A DNA stretch of 64,000 nt from Chloroflexota bacterium (GCA_963662335.2 CAXXVD010000001.1:512001-576000); one strand, 5' to 3'; counted from the stretch's first letter, positions 1 through 9,619 are shown. Translations and numbers: made by a program. The notes: generated by a model from the letters alone, not told the origin.

Positions 1-17
1 CATGCCTCGCATCTCCG

Positions 18-144
18 GTAGCGCAGGTTTGTAACCTGCGAGGCTCCGGGGCCAAACCTGTACGTGCGTATTTCTCTTATTCCGGCGGGGGACAAGCCCC
101 CGCGCTACTCTCTTGCGCCGGCGGGGGACAAGCCCCCGCGCTAC
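18..144. repeat. GTAG-REP cluster: family B (18-40, +) and two family A copies (85-108, 121-144, -)
   Basis: GTAGCGCAGGTTTGTAACCTGCG and 2x GCGGGGGACAAGCCCCCGCGCTAC; both families recur across the window. Confidence 0.85.
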
Positions 145-174
145 ACATATGCGACACTCTCGCAAGCATGGCGC

Positions 175-1674
175 TTAGTTCGCCACCCAAATCGGGCTCG
201 ACCACGCCGCCTGGCCGTTTTCCTGTGTCACGCGCAGGTAGTAGTAGTCTTCGGCCCGGTTCTCGCTGGGCGTATCGACAAACGCATACGACGCGCGGGC
301 CAATTCATCCGGCACGAGACGGTGAATCAAGAACGAATCCGAGGGAAAGCCGGTGGTCAGGTCGGTAATGGCGTTCTGCGACGCTTCCTCAAGCGTGTAG
401 GTCTCCGTGCGCCGCATGGGCTTGGTGAACGCCAGCGTGATGGTTGCCGACGGCGGGCCTTCCACGTCCAGCGCCACCGAGTTCTGCGGACAGTCGTTCA
501 AGCATTCAGAGAGCGACGTATAGGTTTGAAACCGGCATTTGGCGGCGGTGGATTCCAGGATGCGGCTGCGTTTTTCTTCATCGAAAGGCCCCGGTTGGAA
601 GCATGGCATCGCCTGGTGAATGCGCCCGCCGTCCACCGAGACGGTGAGGTCCCACTCAGCGATGCGCGGCTTGCCGAAGGCCGACCACGGCCCCCAGCCG
701 ACTTCGACCCGGCAGCGGTGCCGCCGCGACCAGGGATAGCCGCCGTCGGGTTCAGCATCCGCCGGAAAGTGCCGGTGGATGACCCGGTTGTTCTTGATGA
801 CTTCAACGCGGGCAATCTCGTCCCAGCCGCGCACGTTCACCGCGATCTCACGCTCGTTCGCGGCGGGCAGAATCGACCCCATTGGCTGGCCGTTAAGGCG
901 AAAGTCCAGTTCGATCTTGTCGCCGGAAGCAGCGTAGCAGCGGCGGCTCCAGAGCGCCTCCCAAATCGCCTCCCGCGTAAACTCCGGCACTAAGACCGCC
1001 ACCTGGCCCTCGTTGTACGCGCCCGGATGCGCCTGGTGATCGTCGGAAGATCCGGTGAATCCAACGTGATGCCCCAGGGCAAGCGCGTGCTGGATAGTAT
1101 TGATGGTGACGCGCGGCCCCAGCCCGTGCCGGGTGTAGGCAAACGGCCCGCGGTCGCGCTCCGCGCCGCCGTGCTCGGAGATGATTTCCACGATTGGCGA
1201 AACGGATTCATCCAGCCAGTCCCAATTCGCGCCCCGGAACCCGCGCATGTAGCCGGGATGATGCGGCACCAGCAGCGCGCCGCTGCGCCGGGCGTGCGCC
1301 TGGATCTCCCGCACGTGGTTGGCGAACTGCAATGGGCCGTCCTCTTTGTAGATCACGCAGTGGTCGCCAAAGCCGGCCGAGTGCCACTCATAGCCCAGAA
1401 AGGCCTCGAAGCGTCCGGGGTCCGTGGCATCCTTGATCAACTGCTTGGTGCGCGGCCAGACTTCCTTGTGGCGGTCGAAGCCCTCTTGCCACTGCTCGTG
1501 CCGGTTGTCGGGCATCGCCGGCATGTCGTGCCACTGCGCGTGGCCGGTGAAAGCAAAGAAGTCAAGGTGGCTCTGCGCCATGTCGATCGCCCGTTCCAAC
1601 GTGCCCTTGGTGTAGTGGAAGAGACCCACGGTGTTGTGGTTATGAATGTCGCCCCAGAGAATCTTATAATCCAT
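175..1674 (-). CDS. DUF3604 / PHP-fold metallohydrolase-like protein
   Basis: WGDIHNH, LDFFAFTGH, GYEWHS, GSSDDH, RRCYAASG and C-terminal YYYLRVTQ..AWSSPIW motifs. Confidence 0.8.
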   Translation of the reverse strand: MDYKILWGDIHNHNTVGLFHYTKGTLERAIDMAQSHLDFFAFTGHAQWHDMPAMPDNRHEQWQEGFDRHKEVWPRTKQLIKDATDPGRFEAFLGYEWHSAGFGDHCVIYKEDGPLQFANHVREIQAHARRSGALLVPHHPGYMRGFRGANWDWLDESVSPIVEIISEHGGAERDRGPFAYTRHGLGPRVTINTIQHALALGHHVGFTGSSDDHQAHPGAYNEGQVAVLVPEFTREAIWEALWSRRCYAASGDKIELDFRLNGQPMGSILPAANEREIAVNVRGWDEIARVEVIKNNRVIHRHFPADAEPDGGYPWSRRHRCRVEVGWGPWSAFGKPRIAEWDLTVSVDGGRIHQAMPCFQPGPFDEEKRSRILESTAAKCRFQTYTSLSECLNDCPQNSVALDVEGPPSATITLAFTKPMRRTETYTLEEASQNAITDLTTGFPSDSFLIHRLVPDELARASYAFVDTPSENRAEDYYYLRVTQENGQAAWSSPIWVAN

Positions 1675-1684
1675 AGCTACCGTC

Positions 1685-2182
1685 TTATCCTCTCTCGCTC
1701 AGTCTCATCATGTAGACAATGCTGCGGTTGAGCGGCTCAAAGCCTTGCCGCTCGTACATGCGGCGCGCGGGCGCGTAGCAATCTTCCAGTCCGGTAGACA
1801 CTTGGGCGAACTCCATACCCGCGTCCGCGATAAGTTCCAAGACGCGCGCGTCAAGCTGACCGCCGATGCCGCGACCGCGATGTTCCGGGAGCACGGCGTT
1901 ATTCCCCACCGTGCCAATGCGGGTCTTTGCGTTGACGTGAAGGGTCGCAAAGCCTACCGCTGTGCCGTCAACTTCGGCAATCACCACGTTCTCTACGGCA
2001 ATCGTGCGCATGTCGTCGGCTTTCCACTCGTCCCACGCGCGTCCGCCGATGATGCCGTACTTCTCCTCCCGCCAGCGATTGACGGTCACGTCCGCAAAGC
2101 CCTGCACAATAAGCTCGATGAGCGTCTCCCGATCGGCTTCTACCGCCTGCCGGATTGTTACTTCGGCTTCATTTGTTGTCAT
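1685..2182 (-). CDS. GNAT family N-acetyltransferase (copy 1)
   Basis: Motif A VLPEHRGRGIG and ARRMYERQGF; 165 aa. Confidence 0.9.
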   Translation of the reverse strand: MTTNEAEVTIRQAVEADRETLIELIVQGFADVTVNRWREEKYGIIGGRAWDEWKADDMRTIAVENVVIAEVDGTAVGFATLHVNAKTRIGTVGNNAVLPEHRGRGIGGQLDARVLELIADAGMEFAQVSTGLEDCYAPARRMYERQGFEPLNRSIVYMMRLSERG

Positions 2183-2676
2183 ACGGCGCCCTGCGCAAGC
2201 TGCTTCATGTAGTATACGCTACGAAAAAACGGCCTGAAGCCTTGCCGCTCGTACATGCGGCGGGCGGGCGTAAACGGGTCTTCCGATCCGGTCGAGACCT
2301 GGGCGAACTCCATGCCCGCCTCTTCCAGCAGCCGGAGAACACGCGCCAGAAGCTGCGCGCCGATGCCGCGGCCACGATAGTCCGGCAACACGGCATTGTC
2401 ACTCACCGTCCCTACGCGAGTCGCGTCGTCCAGTTCATAAGTCGCAAAGCCAACCGCCTTGCTTCCAACTTCAGCAATGATCACCTGCTCAATGTCGATC
2501 GTGCGCATGATGTCGGCTTCCCACTCATCCCACGTGCGACCGCCAATGACACCAAACTGCCGCTCACGCCAGCGATTGGTGGTCACGTCCGCAAAGGCAT
2601 GTACGATGAGTTCGGTTAGAGTCTCTCGATCAGCTTCGACAGCCTGCCTGATTCGCGCCTCGGTTGCTTTCATCAT
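2179..2676 (-). CDS. GNAT family N-acetyltransferase (copy 2)
   Basis: VLPDYRGRGIG, ARRMYERQGF; 4-bp overlap with copy 1. Confidence 0.9.
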   Translation of the reverse strand: MMKATEARIRQAVEADRETLTELIVHAFADVTTNRWRERQFGVIGGRTWDEWEADIMRTIDIEQVIIAEVGSKAVGFATYELDDATRVGTVSDNAVLPDYRGRGIGAQLLARVLRLLEEAGMEFAQVSTGSEDPFTPARRMYERQGFRPFFRSVYYMKQLAQGAV

Positions 2677-3170
2677 TATCCGGCTTTCCGCGCAAGCTTC
2701 TTGAAGAATGTAACACTGCGGTGCAGCGGCTCGAAGCCTTGCCGCTCGTACATGCGGCGGGCGCGTGCGTAAGGCTCTTCCAATCCGGTCGCCACCTGGG
2801 CAAACTCCATGCCTGCTTCCTCCAATGACCGGAGCACACGCGAAAGAAGCTGCGCGCCGATGCCACGGCCACGATACTCAGGCAAGACCGCATTGTCATC
2901 CACGATGCCAATACGCGTCGCGTCGTTCACATCATAGGTTGCAAAGCCAACCGCATTGCCTGCGACTTCTGCAAGGATTACTCGATTGACATCAACAGTA
3001 CGGATGAGATCAGCTTCCCATTCTTCCCACATCCGTGCGAGGACTTCACCGGATTGCGGCTCGCGTACGTCCCTGTAAGCACGCACAATGAGCTTGATCA
3101 GGGTTTCTCGATCCGCCTCGACTGCTCGTCTAATCTTAACTTTGACGTCCTGTTCCGCCTCATTGCTCAT
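2676..3170 (-). CDS. GNAT family N-acetyltransferase (copy 3)
   Basis: VLPEYRGRGIG, ARRMYERQGF; start moved to ATG 3170 (MSNEAEQ) by alignment with the two paralogs. Confidence 0.85.
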   Translation of the reverse strand: MSNEAEQDVKVKIRRAVEADRETLIKLIVRAYRDVREPQSGEVLARMWEEWEADLIRTVDVNRVILAEVAGNAVGFATYDVNDATRIGIVDDNAVLPEYRGRGIGAQLLSRVLRSLEEAGMEFAQVATGLEEPYARARRMYERQGFEPLHRSVTFFKKLARKAG

Positions 3171-3265
3171 TATCTTACCACGCGCTCCCCCCAATGCGCC
3201 GTTGGGAATACGGTTCTTGTTAGAGGGATACCGGATTGCGCAGTCGCTATCAAAATTCGGCATCT

Positions 3266-5278
3266 TCACTGCGGAGGCAAGACCCAAATCGGACTCGACC
3301 AAGCGAAGTGACCGTCGTTCTGCGTTACGCGCAGATAGAGGTAAGAGGTCTGATCCCCCGCCAATGGGAGAGTATCGGCAATCTCAGCAACCCGACCGTC
3401 GCCCGCATGCGTGAGGACGACATCGCCGTTGCAGACCACTTCCAGCCGCTCAATTTCAGCCGTGCCCAGCACGCGTGCCGCCACCACAACTTCCGGTGTG
3501 GCTGCGGAGAACTCCTCACCCATGCCGTGGCCGTCCACCCGGAAGTCGAGCACGATGCGCGCGCCGGTGGTGGCGTAGCAGCGGCGCTCCTTGAGGGCCT
3601 GGATGATTGCCGCGCGCGTGAGTTCCGGCGCGATGACGGCGGTGAGGCCGCCGGTGACGCGGTCGTGGAAGTCCACCCCGGCCATTGAGCAGGTGTTGCG
3701 GCCCGGTTGGGCGTGATGGCTGTCGGTGCCGCCCACGAAGCCGAGGCGGTGTCCCATGGCCAGGGCGTCCTGCGCCGACGCGCCGCCGCCGCCAAGCACG
3801 GTGGCGCCGCCGGGGACATCGGTCTCGAACGCGCCGCGATTTTGCGCGATCTCAAGTACCGTCTGGTATTCCGCATTATGCCGCTGCCAGTCCTGCACCC
3901 GCCAATTCTGATAGCCGCCCTCGGAGGTGACGTTGATGTGGTGCGGCACCACCACCGCGCCAGTTCCTGCCAACGCCGGCCAGATTTCCTCGATCTTGCT
4001 GGTGGTGACGCGCTTGCCTTCATCGGGATAGAGGATAACCCGGTGCCCGGCGGTCGGATCATTGAGTTCGATGGCGACCAGCGGCGCGAATTCACCGGCT
4101 TGATAGAACTCCGCGATGATCTCCTGATATTCCTCCCAATCGTCCGCGCGGGGCACGGACCAAATGGCCTCGATGTTCTGGGGCGGCGGAAACCACGCCA
4201 CGCCCACGCAATCCAGGCCGGATACGTCCCGCGCGTAGCGAAACGCCCCGGCGTACGTGCCCACGCCGTGGGCCATGAACGGGCCGTGCGGACGATGACC
4301 CGGATCAAGCGCGCGGGGCGCGTGGGTGTGCAGGTCGCCAAAATAGATGCGGTCGCTGCCGTCCGCCACCACGTCGATGGGGTTGCTGACGCCGGCAATG
4401 CCGTGCTCCCAGGCCGCGGCCGTTATCGCGGCGGGACCGGCCGCGTTTCTGGCGGCAATGAAGGGGCCAATGCGGGCCGCGCCGCCGTCGCTGGGCGACA
4501 TTTGGTAGTTCTCAGGAGTGGTGATGCCGCCGGGCTGCACGCCGAGCGCGATTTCGCCGGCAAAGTCCGCGCAGACGTTGCCGTATGCGTCTTCCACCCG
4601 CACGAGCACGGCAAATTCCTCATACGCGGCAACGGTGGCCGGGGCAACCACGCCCAGGCGCGCCGGCGGCCCGGCAACCACGTCCAAAGTTGGCAACTCC
4701 GGCAGGAGTCGATACCCCTTGGGCTCACCGCCGGGATAGCGCGGATTGCTGTAGCTGGCATTGCCGAGCGGGTCCACCAGCACCTGGAAGTGCATCCCGG
4801 TCATGGCCACTTCCTGCGCCCGCGCGCGCTCGTAGAAACCGGGGATGAACGACCCGGCATCACCAAGCGTCACCGCAATGGTTTCGCCCGCGTGCAGCGT
4901 CGCGCCTTCCACAGTTACAAACACTATCGGGAACTGCGCGTGGTGGTACTTGAGCGGATAGTCGTTGCGCGTACGCGCGGAGACGCCGCAGTTGCCGTTC
5001 GTGGCCGCCGTGACGTGGCCCAGCCGCCAGCGCACGCTGTGCACACAGGGCGGCACGACGGCAATGCCGCCGCCGGGCGCGATGCCGGCGCTGCCCGCCG
5101 TATAGGTGATGGTCCACGTGCCGAAAGCGCCGGCGACAACCGGCCCGGCCGGGTCAAGCGTGCAACTGCCAAGCTCAGCCCGCAAGGCCGTGTCGGCGCC
5201 TGCGTCCGTAACCTGCACGCCATGCGTTACGCCCCGGTCTTGGGATCCCATCCCCGGCCTACGCTCACGCGCGCTCAA
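3266..5278 (-). CDS. DUF3604 / PHP-fold protein with N-terminal beta-rich extension
   Basis: YFGDLHTH, GFVGGTDSH, RRCYATTG, YLYLRVTQ..AWSSPIW; start uncertain (5278 TTG or 5251 ATG). Confidence 0.8.
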   Translation of the reverse strand: MSARERRPGMGSQDRGVTHGVQVTDAGADTALRAELGSCTLDPAGPVVAGAFGTWTITYTAGSAGIAPGGGIAVVPPCVHSVRWRLGHVTAATNGNCGVSARTRNDYPLKYHHAQFPIVFVTVEGATLHAGETIAVTLGDAGSFIPGFYERARAQEVAMTGMHFQVLVDPLGNASYSNPRYPGGEPKGYRLLPELPTLDVVAGPPARLGVVAPATVAAYEEFAVLVRVEDAYGNVCADFAGEIALGVQPGGITTPENYQMSPSDGGAARIGPFIAARNAAGPAAITAAAWEHGIAGVSNPIDVVADGSDRIYFGDLHTHAPRALDPGHRPHGPFMAHGVGTYAGAFRYARDVSGLDCVGVAWFPPPQNIEAIWSVPRADDWEEYQEIIAEFYQAGEFAPLVAIELNDPTAGHRVILYPDEGKRVTTSKIEEIWPALAGTGAVVVPHHINVTSEGGYQNWRVQDWQRHNAEYQTVLEIAQNRGAFETDVPGGATVLGGGGASAQDALAMGHRLGFVGGTDSHHAQPGRNTCSMAGVDFHDRVTGGLTAVIAPELTRAAIIQALKERRCYATTGARIVLDFRVDGHGMGEEFSAATPEVVVAARVLGTAEIERLEVVCNGDVVLTHAGDGRVAEIADTLPLAGDQTSYLYLRVTQNDGHFAWSSPIWVLPPQ

Positions 5279-5302
5279 TGCTGCGTTCTCCTTCTCTCCG
5301 AC

Positions 5303-5720
5303 GTAGCGCGGGGGCTTGTCCCCCGCCTCTTGGCCTACACGCAGCTTGCAAACCTGCGCTACCGGACTCTTGATAGCGTGATCCTTAGCTCGTCTTTGCC
5401 ACCTCGCCTGCGGCCAACACGTAGCGCGGGGGCTTCTCCCCCGCCTCTTGGCCTACACGCAGCTTGCAAACCTGCGCTACCGGACTCTTGATAGCGTGAT
5501 CCTTAGCTCGTCTTTGCCACCTCGCCTGCGGCCAACACGTAGCGCGGGGGCTCCTCCCCCGCCTCCTGGCCTACACGCAGGTTGCAAACCTGCGCTACCG
5601 GACTCTTGATAGCGTGATCCTTAGCTCGTCTTTGCCACCTCGCCTGCGGCCAACACGTAGCGCGGGGGCTTGTCCCCCGCCTCTTGGCCTACACGCAGGT
5701 TGCAAACCTGCGCTACCGGA
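5303..5720. repeat. Tandem array of about 3.5 x 118-bp units, each with REP-A (+) and REP-B (-); BIME-like
   Basis: GTAG unit starts at 5303, 5421, 5539, 5657; linker identical between units. Confidence 0.9.
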
Positions 5721-5767
5721 TGGTCATCGTGTGTACTGACCTGCCGCAACCGTGTCCTAACGCGGCG

Positions 5768-6541
5768 CTATCGCACGTCGAACAACCGCGCCGCGTTGTC
5801 GTGGAACAGCTTCCGCTTGGCCGCGTCCAAAATCTGCGTTTCGGTTTCGATGCTCAGTTGTGCCGATTCGTGGTAGTGCAGCGGCGAATTGGAGCCGAAG
5901 AGCACGTGCTCCGGCCCGATAGTGTTGCAGAGTTTCGCCACGTCGTGGATTGGCCCCTGCACGCGGCTGTTTTCCACGTAGAGATTCTCGCGTTTGTCCA
6001 CGCTCCGCCAGATACTCGTGACCTCCCCAAAGCGCCCGGCGGCGACCAGAAAGCGCACCTCCGGGAAGGCATTGACCGTCTGGGCAATTTCCCCGGCCGC
6101 CACGTCGGGCACGCGCACCAGCCGGTGGTGATGCCGCGCGTCCTCCAGGCCAATGGCAATTATGACAAGCAAATCGCGTGCGTGCGCAATCTCCAGCAGG
6201 CGCAGGTTTTCCTGCCCTAACAACTCGTAGCCGTGGTAGTTAGGATGCAGCCGCAAATGCCGCGCGCCCAGTTCCTCAAGGCAAATCTCCAGGTCTTCGT
6301 CCCACCCCGGATACGCCGGATTGATGGTGTACGCCGGGATGAAGCGGTCTTCATGCGCGCGCGCAATCGCGTGCAGCTCCCGGTTGCCCACCAGCAGGTC
6401 TTTGAAGAAGACGTTCTCCAGGCGCGACACTACGGCCCGCTCGATGCCGAGGGCGTCCATCTTGCGCAGCAGGTTTTCCGGCTGGGAGTGCGGCAAGCGG
6501 CGGAACGGCCACTCGCCGACGTAGGCGTTGCTATCGATCAT
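5768..6541 (-). CDS. Amidohydrolase_2 family protein with degenerate metal-binding motif
   Basis: MIDSNAYVGEWPFR start, LRLHPNYHGY, VLFGSNSP. Confidence 0.8.
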   Translation of the reverse strand: MIDSNAYVGEWPFRRLPHSQPENLLRKMDALGIERAVVSRLENVFFKDLLVGNRELHAIARAHEDRFIPAYTINPAYPGWDEDLEICLEELGARHLRLHPNYHGYELLGQENLRLLEIAHARDLLVIIAIGLEDARHHHRLVRVPDVAAGEIAQTVNAFPEVRFLVAAGRFGEVTSIWRSVDKRENLYVENSRVQGPIHDVAKLCNTIGPEHVLFGSNSPLHYHESAQLSIETETQILDAAKRKLFHDNAARLFDVR

Positions 6542-6568
6542 GGCTTGGCGCCTTACACCTCAACCTTC

Positions 6569-7360
6569 CTAATGAGCCGTCACGCACTGCGCCAGCACGC
6601 GCGCCATGTTCCCGTAGAGTATTTTCTCTTTGTCCGCGGCGGATAGGTTCGCCCCCAGCACTTTCGCAAGCTGCGACGGAAACGAGCGTCCCGGCATGTC
6701 GGTGCCAAAGATCACCCGTTCCGCGCCGACGTGATCCACCAGCACGTGTACGCCGCCGGCGTTGCATTCGTTGCCGGCGATGTCAAGCAGCACGTTGGGC
6801 GTGCCGCGAAAGACTTTCGCGCCGTATTCGTAGTCGCCGCCCGCGTGGGCCGCGATGATGGTGGCGTCCGGATGGCGGCGCGCCAGGTCCGCCACCATCT
6901 CCGGCGGCGATTCGCCGTAGCCCAGGCCGTCCGCCTTCAGCCACGTGTGCTGCAAGGCCGGCACGCGGTAGCGCGCGCAGATTTCCACCAATCGATCCAC
7001 CCGTGGATCATCGCAGGGCACGGCGTGCCACAGCTTGAGGCCCACAAACCCGTCATTCGCCAAGCGCCGCTCCAGTTCCGCCGCCGCAGCCTCGGCGTGG
7101 TAGGGGTTCACGTAGCAGAATCCCCGCACGCGCTCCGGGTACCGCTGCATCAGCAGTAACGTCTCGTCGTTGCAGCGCGCGCAGAACTCCGCCGTCGGGA
7201 ACGAGTACCGCGTAGCATCGCCCACCGGCCGGATCGCATACGTCACGAGCACGGCGTCGAATTGCGCCGCGATCTCGACCTGCTCGCCGAAGTCGGCCAA
7301 CGACTTTCCAACGTCCGTATGCACGTGCACGTCAATGATTGCCACCAGCGCCACTTTCAA
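6569..7360 (-). CDS. Amidohydrolase_2 family metal-dependent hydrolase
   Basis: IIDVHVH, FVGLKL, AAHAGG, RVIFGTDMP. Confidence 0.85.
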   Translation of the reverse strand: MKVALVAIIDVHVHTDVGKSLADFGEQVEIAAQFDAVLVTYAIRPVGDATRYSFPTAEFCARCNDETLLLMQRYPERVRGFCYVNPYHAEAAAAELERRLANDGFVGLKLWHAVPCDDPRVDRLVEICARYRVPALQHTWLKADGLGYGESPPEMVADLARRHPDATIIAAHAGGDYEYGAKVFRGTPNVLLDIAGNECNAGGVHVLVDHVGAERVIFGTDMPGRSFPSQLAKVLGANLSAADKEKILYGNMARVLAQCVTAH

Positions 7361-7375
7361 TTCGCTATGACGGCT

Positions 7376-8452
7376 TCACGCAAAGGTCTCATCCGGCGCG
7401 GCGAAGGTCAGCACCCTCGCCGGGTTGTCGACCAGAATGCGGCGAATCGCCTCTTCCGTAAAGCCCCGGCGTCTCATGCGGGGCACGATGGCGGCCAGGA
7501 TGTAAGCGTAGCCAAAGCCGCCGTACCGGAGCAGTTGCTTCTTGGCGCAGATGTCGTGCGACACGACAATCTTGTCGCCAAACCCCTGCGCGCTCAACCA
7601 CGCAATGTCGTCCATGCGCGTGGCGTCGCTCGGCATGTCAATCGCCGGATTGAGGATGTACAGGGACTGCTCGTTGCCGAACAGGTCCCACTCCAGATAG
7701 CAGCCCGTATCGGCGAGCGCTTTGAACGCCTCCTTGTCGAACACCGTGCGCTCGACGTGGCACATGACCGTCTTGGAAAGATCGGCGCCCACGTCCCGCA
7801 GGACATTGAGAATCTCGAACGGCGCCGCCTCGTTACGCCCCGGGTGTATGTAGAGGGGAGCGCCCGTCGCCCGCTGCGCCCGGCCCGAGGCGCGCACTAC
7901 CTTCCGTTCGTTCTCCGTCAGCGGATAGTTGCAGCCCACCTCGCCAATGATACCGGCCCGGATGCCGGTGTCGTCGACGCCCACGGTCACGTCGTTGACG
8001 ATCTCCGCAAAGATGTCGTCTTCGGTGCGGTCTGACATGTCCGGCGGATGACTCTGGCTCACGTAGTACGATGCGCCCATGATGACGTGCAGTCCCGTAG
8101 CTCGCGCGATGCGCGCCAGCGACAGCGGGTCCCGCGCGATGCCGATGCTCGTCGGATCGACGACCGCGCCGCCGCCGTGCTGCTTGAAGAGTCCGATCTC
8201 CTCAATGGCCGTGTCGATGTCCAGGAGTTGCGCGTTGTCGTAGTTGACGCAGCCGTAGTGCTTCAGGTACCCGATGACTTCGAGGGACACCGGCTTGTGG
8301 TAGATGTCCCGCAGGAACGCCTCGGCAGGCGGCTGCAGGTTGTACGTCAAGTCGACCAGCAGGTGATCGTGCATCAGCGTGACGCCAAGCGCCTCGGGAG
8401 GAACGGCGCCCAGCACCGTCTGCGCCATGCCCGTGTTTTCGCCGGCCATCAT
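7376..8452 (-). CDS. Phosphotriesterase-family (PTE/PHP-like) hydrolase or lactonase
   Basis: QTVLG..LGVTLMHDHL, GIIGEVG, YIHPG, CHVER, VSHDIC, NPARVL. Confidence 0.88.
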   Translation of the reverse strand: MMAGENTGMAQTVLGAVPPEALGVTLMHDHLLVDLTYNLQPPAEAFLRDIYHKPVSLEVIGYLKHYGCVNYDNAQLLDIDTAIEEIGLFKQHGGGAVVDPTSIGIARDPLSLARIARATGLHVIMGASYYVSQSHPPDMSDRTEDDIFAEIVNDVTVGVDDTGIRAGIIGEVGCNYPLTENERKVVRASGRAQRATGAPLYIHPGRNEAAPFEILNVLRDVGADLSKTVMCHVERTVFDKEAFKALADTGCYLEWDLFGNEQSLYILNPAIDMPSDATRMDDIAWLSAQGFGDKIVVSHDICAKKQLLRYGGFGYAYILAAIVPRMRRRGFTEEAIRRILVDNPARVLTFAAPDETFA

Positions 8453-8495
8453 CGCCTCCGCTTCTTCAGCCGCGCGCCCTCTTGCCGTGGGGACC

Positions 8496-8588
8496 GCTGA
8501 CAGGGGTATGCAAATGTCATTCCGAGCGCAGCGAGGAATCTAGAGCGCCGGTGATAGCAGGATTTCAAGTCGTCCCTCAGAGTGATAG
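8496..8588. repeat. TGTCATTCCGAGCGCAGCGAGGAATCT palindrome with MITE-end-like GCTGACAGGGGTATG leader
   Basis: Matches the reverse complement of 42737-42786; partner arm degenerate. Confidence 0.65.
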
Positions 8589-8627
8589 TACAGCCGAATC
8601 CCTATTAAATCGCCTCAAGACCGGAGG

Positions 8628-9428
8628 TCAGCACATCCCGGCAAAATCAGACGGACTCCTAATCGTCTTCGTTTGAGCGAGCACCGCCGCCATGTTCTTG
8701 TAGAGTATCTTATCCTTATCTTCAGCCGGTAGGTCCGCGCCCAGCACCTTTGCCAGTTGCGAGGGAAACGAACGGCCCGGCATATCGGTGCCAAAGATTA
8801 CGCGGTCGGCGCCCACGTGATTCACCAGGATCTCCACGTAGCCCGCGTTGCACTCGTTGCCGCCGATGTCGAGCAGGACGTTTTCGCACGACCGGAACGT
8901 CTTTGCGCCGTACTCGTAGTCGCCGCCGGCATGGGCGGCAATGAGCGTCGTGCGCGGATGGCGCTTGGCCAGCGCGGCGACCATCGCCGGCGGCGATTCG
9001 CCCGTCTTCTGCCGGGTTGCCTTCTGCCACGTGTGCTGGAGCGCGGGCACGCGGTAATGGGCGCAGATTTCCATCAGGGCGTCCAGGCGCGGATCGATGC
9101 ACGGCACGGCCACCCACAACTTGAGACCCACGAAGTGTTGCTTCCCCAGCCGGTAGTCCAGTTCGGCGCGCGCCGCTTGCGCGTGGCCGGGATTCACGTA
9201 GGCAAATCCGTGCACACGCTCCGGGTGGCGCTGCATCAGCGCGTAGGTCTGATCGTTGCACGCCCGGATATTCTCCGGCGACGGATACTCATGATTGTTG
9301 GCCGCCGCCACCGGCCGCACTGAATACGTGACGAGATGCGCGTCGAATTGCTCGGCAATCGCCATGAGTTCGGCAAAGTCCGCCAAGCGGCGTGAAACGT
9401 GCGGGTGCACGTGGACGTCGATGATCAC
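8628..9428 (-). CDS. Amidohydrolase_2 family hydrolase (paralog of 6569-7360)
   Basis: GTG start MIIDVHVH; shares AAHAGGDYEYGAK and FGTDMPGRSFPSQLAKVLGA with the paralog. Confidence 0.85.
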   Translation of the reverse strand: MIIDVHVHPHVSRRLADFAELMAIAEQFDAHLVTYSVRPVAAANNHEYPSPENIRACNDQTYALMQRHPERVHGFAYVNPGHAQAARAELDYRLGKQHFVGLKLWVAVPCIDPRLDALMEICAHYRVPALQHTWQKATRQKTGESPPAMVAALAKRHPRTTLIAAHAGGDYEYGAKTFRSCENVLLDIGGNECNAGYVEILVNHVGADRVIFGTDMPGRSFPSQLAKVLGADLPAEDKDKILYKNMAAVLAQTKTIRSPSDFAGMC

Positions 9429-9471
9429 CGTGACGGCGCTCTCATGGCGCAATGCCGGCCGCCGGGGATAC

Positions 9472-9610
9472 GCCGGACGGCCTGTGGGCGTCCGGCTACA
9501 GCGCGAGTATGGTTCTGGCCTGGCACGGGCGCCCTCTCCCAACTGAGCCGGTTCCAGGGCTTGCTGCATTGGGTGCGTAGGGCGAAGCGGCCGCGGCCGC
9601 TTCGCCCTAC
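9472..9610. repeat. Two further GTAG-type palindromes (9472-9499; perfect 34-bp palindrome 9577-9610)
   Basis: GCCGGACGGCCTGTGGGCGTCCGGCTAC and GTAGGGCGAAGCGGCCGCGGCCGCTTCGCCCTAC. Confidence 0.75.
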
Positions 9611-9619
9611 CGGTACGGA

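Noticed and set aside
5303-5720. CRISPR array
   Set aside because: The sequences between repeats are identical rather than unique spacers, the repeats are dispersed REPs, and there are no cas genes.
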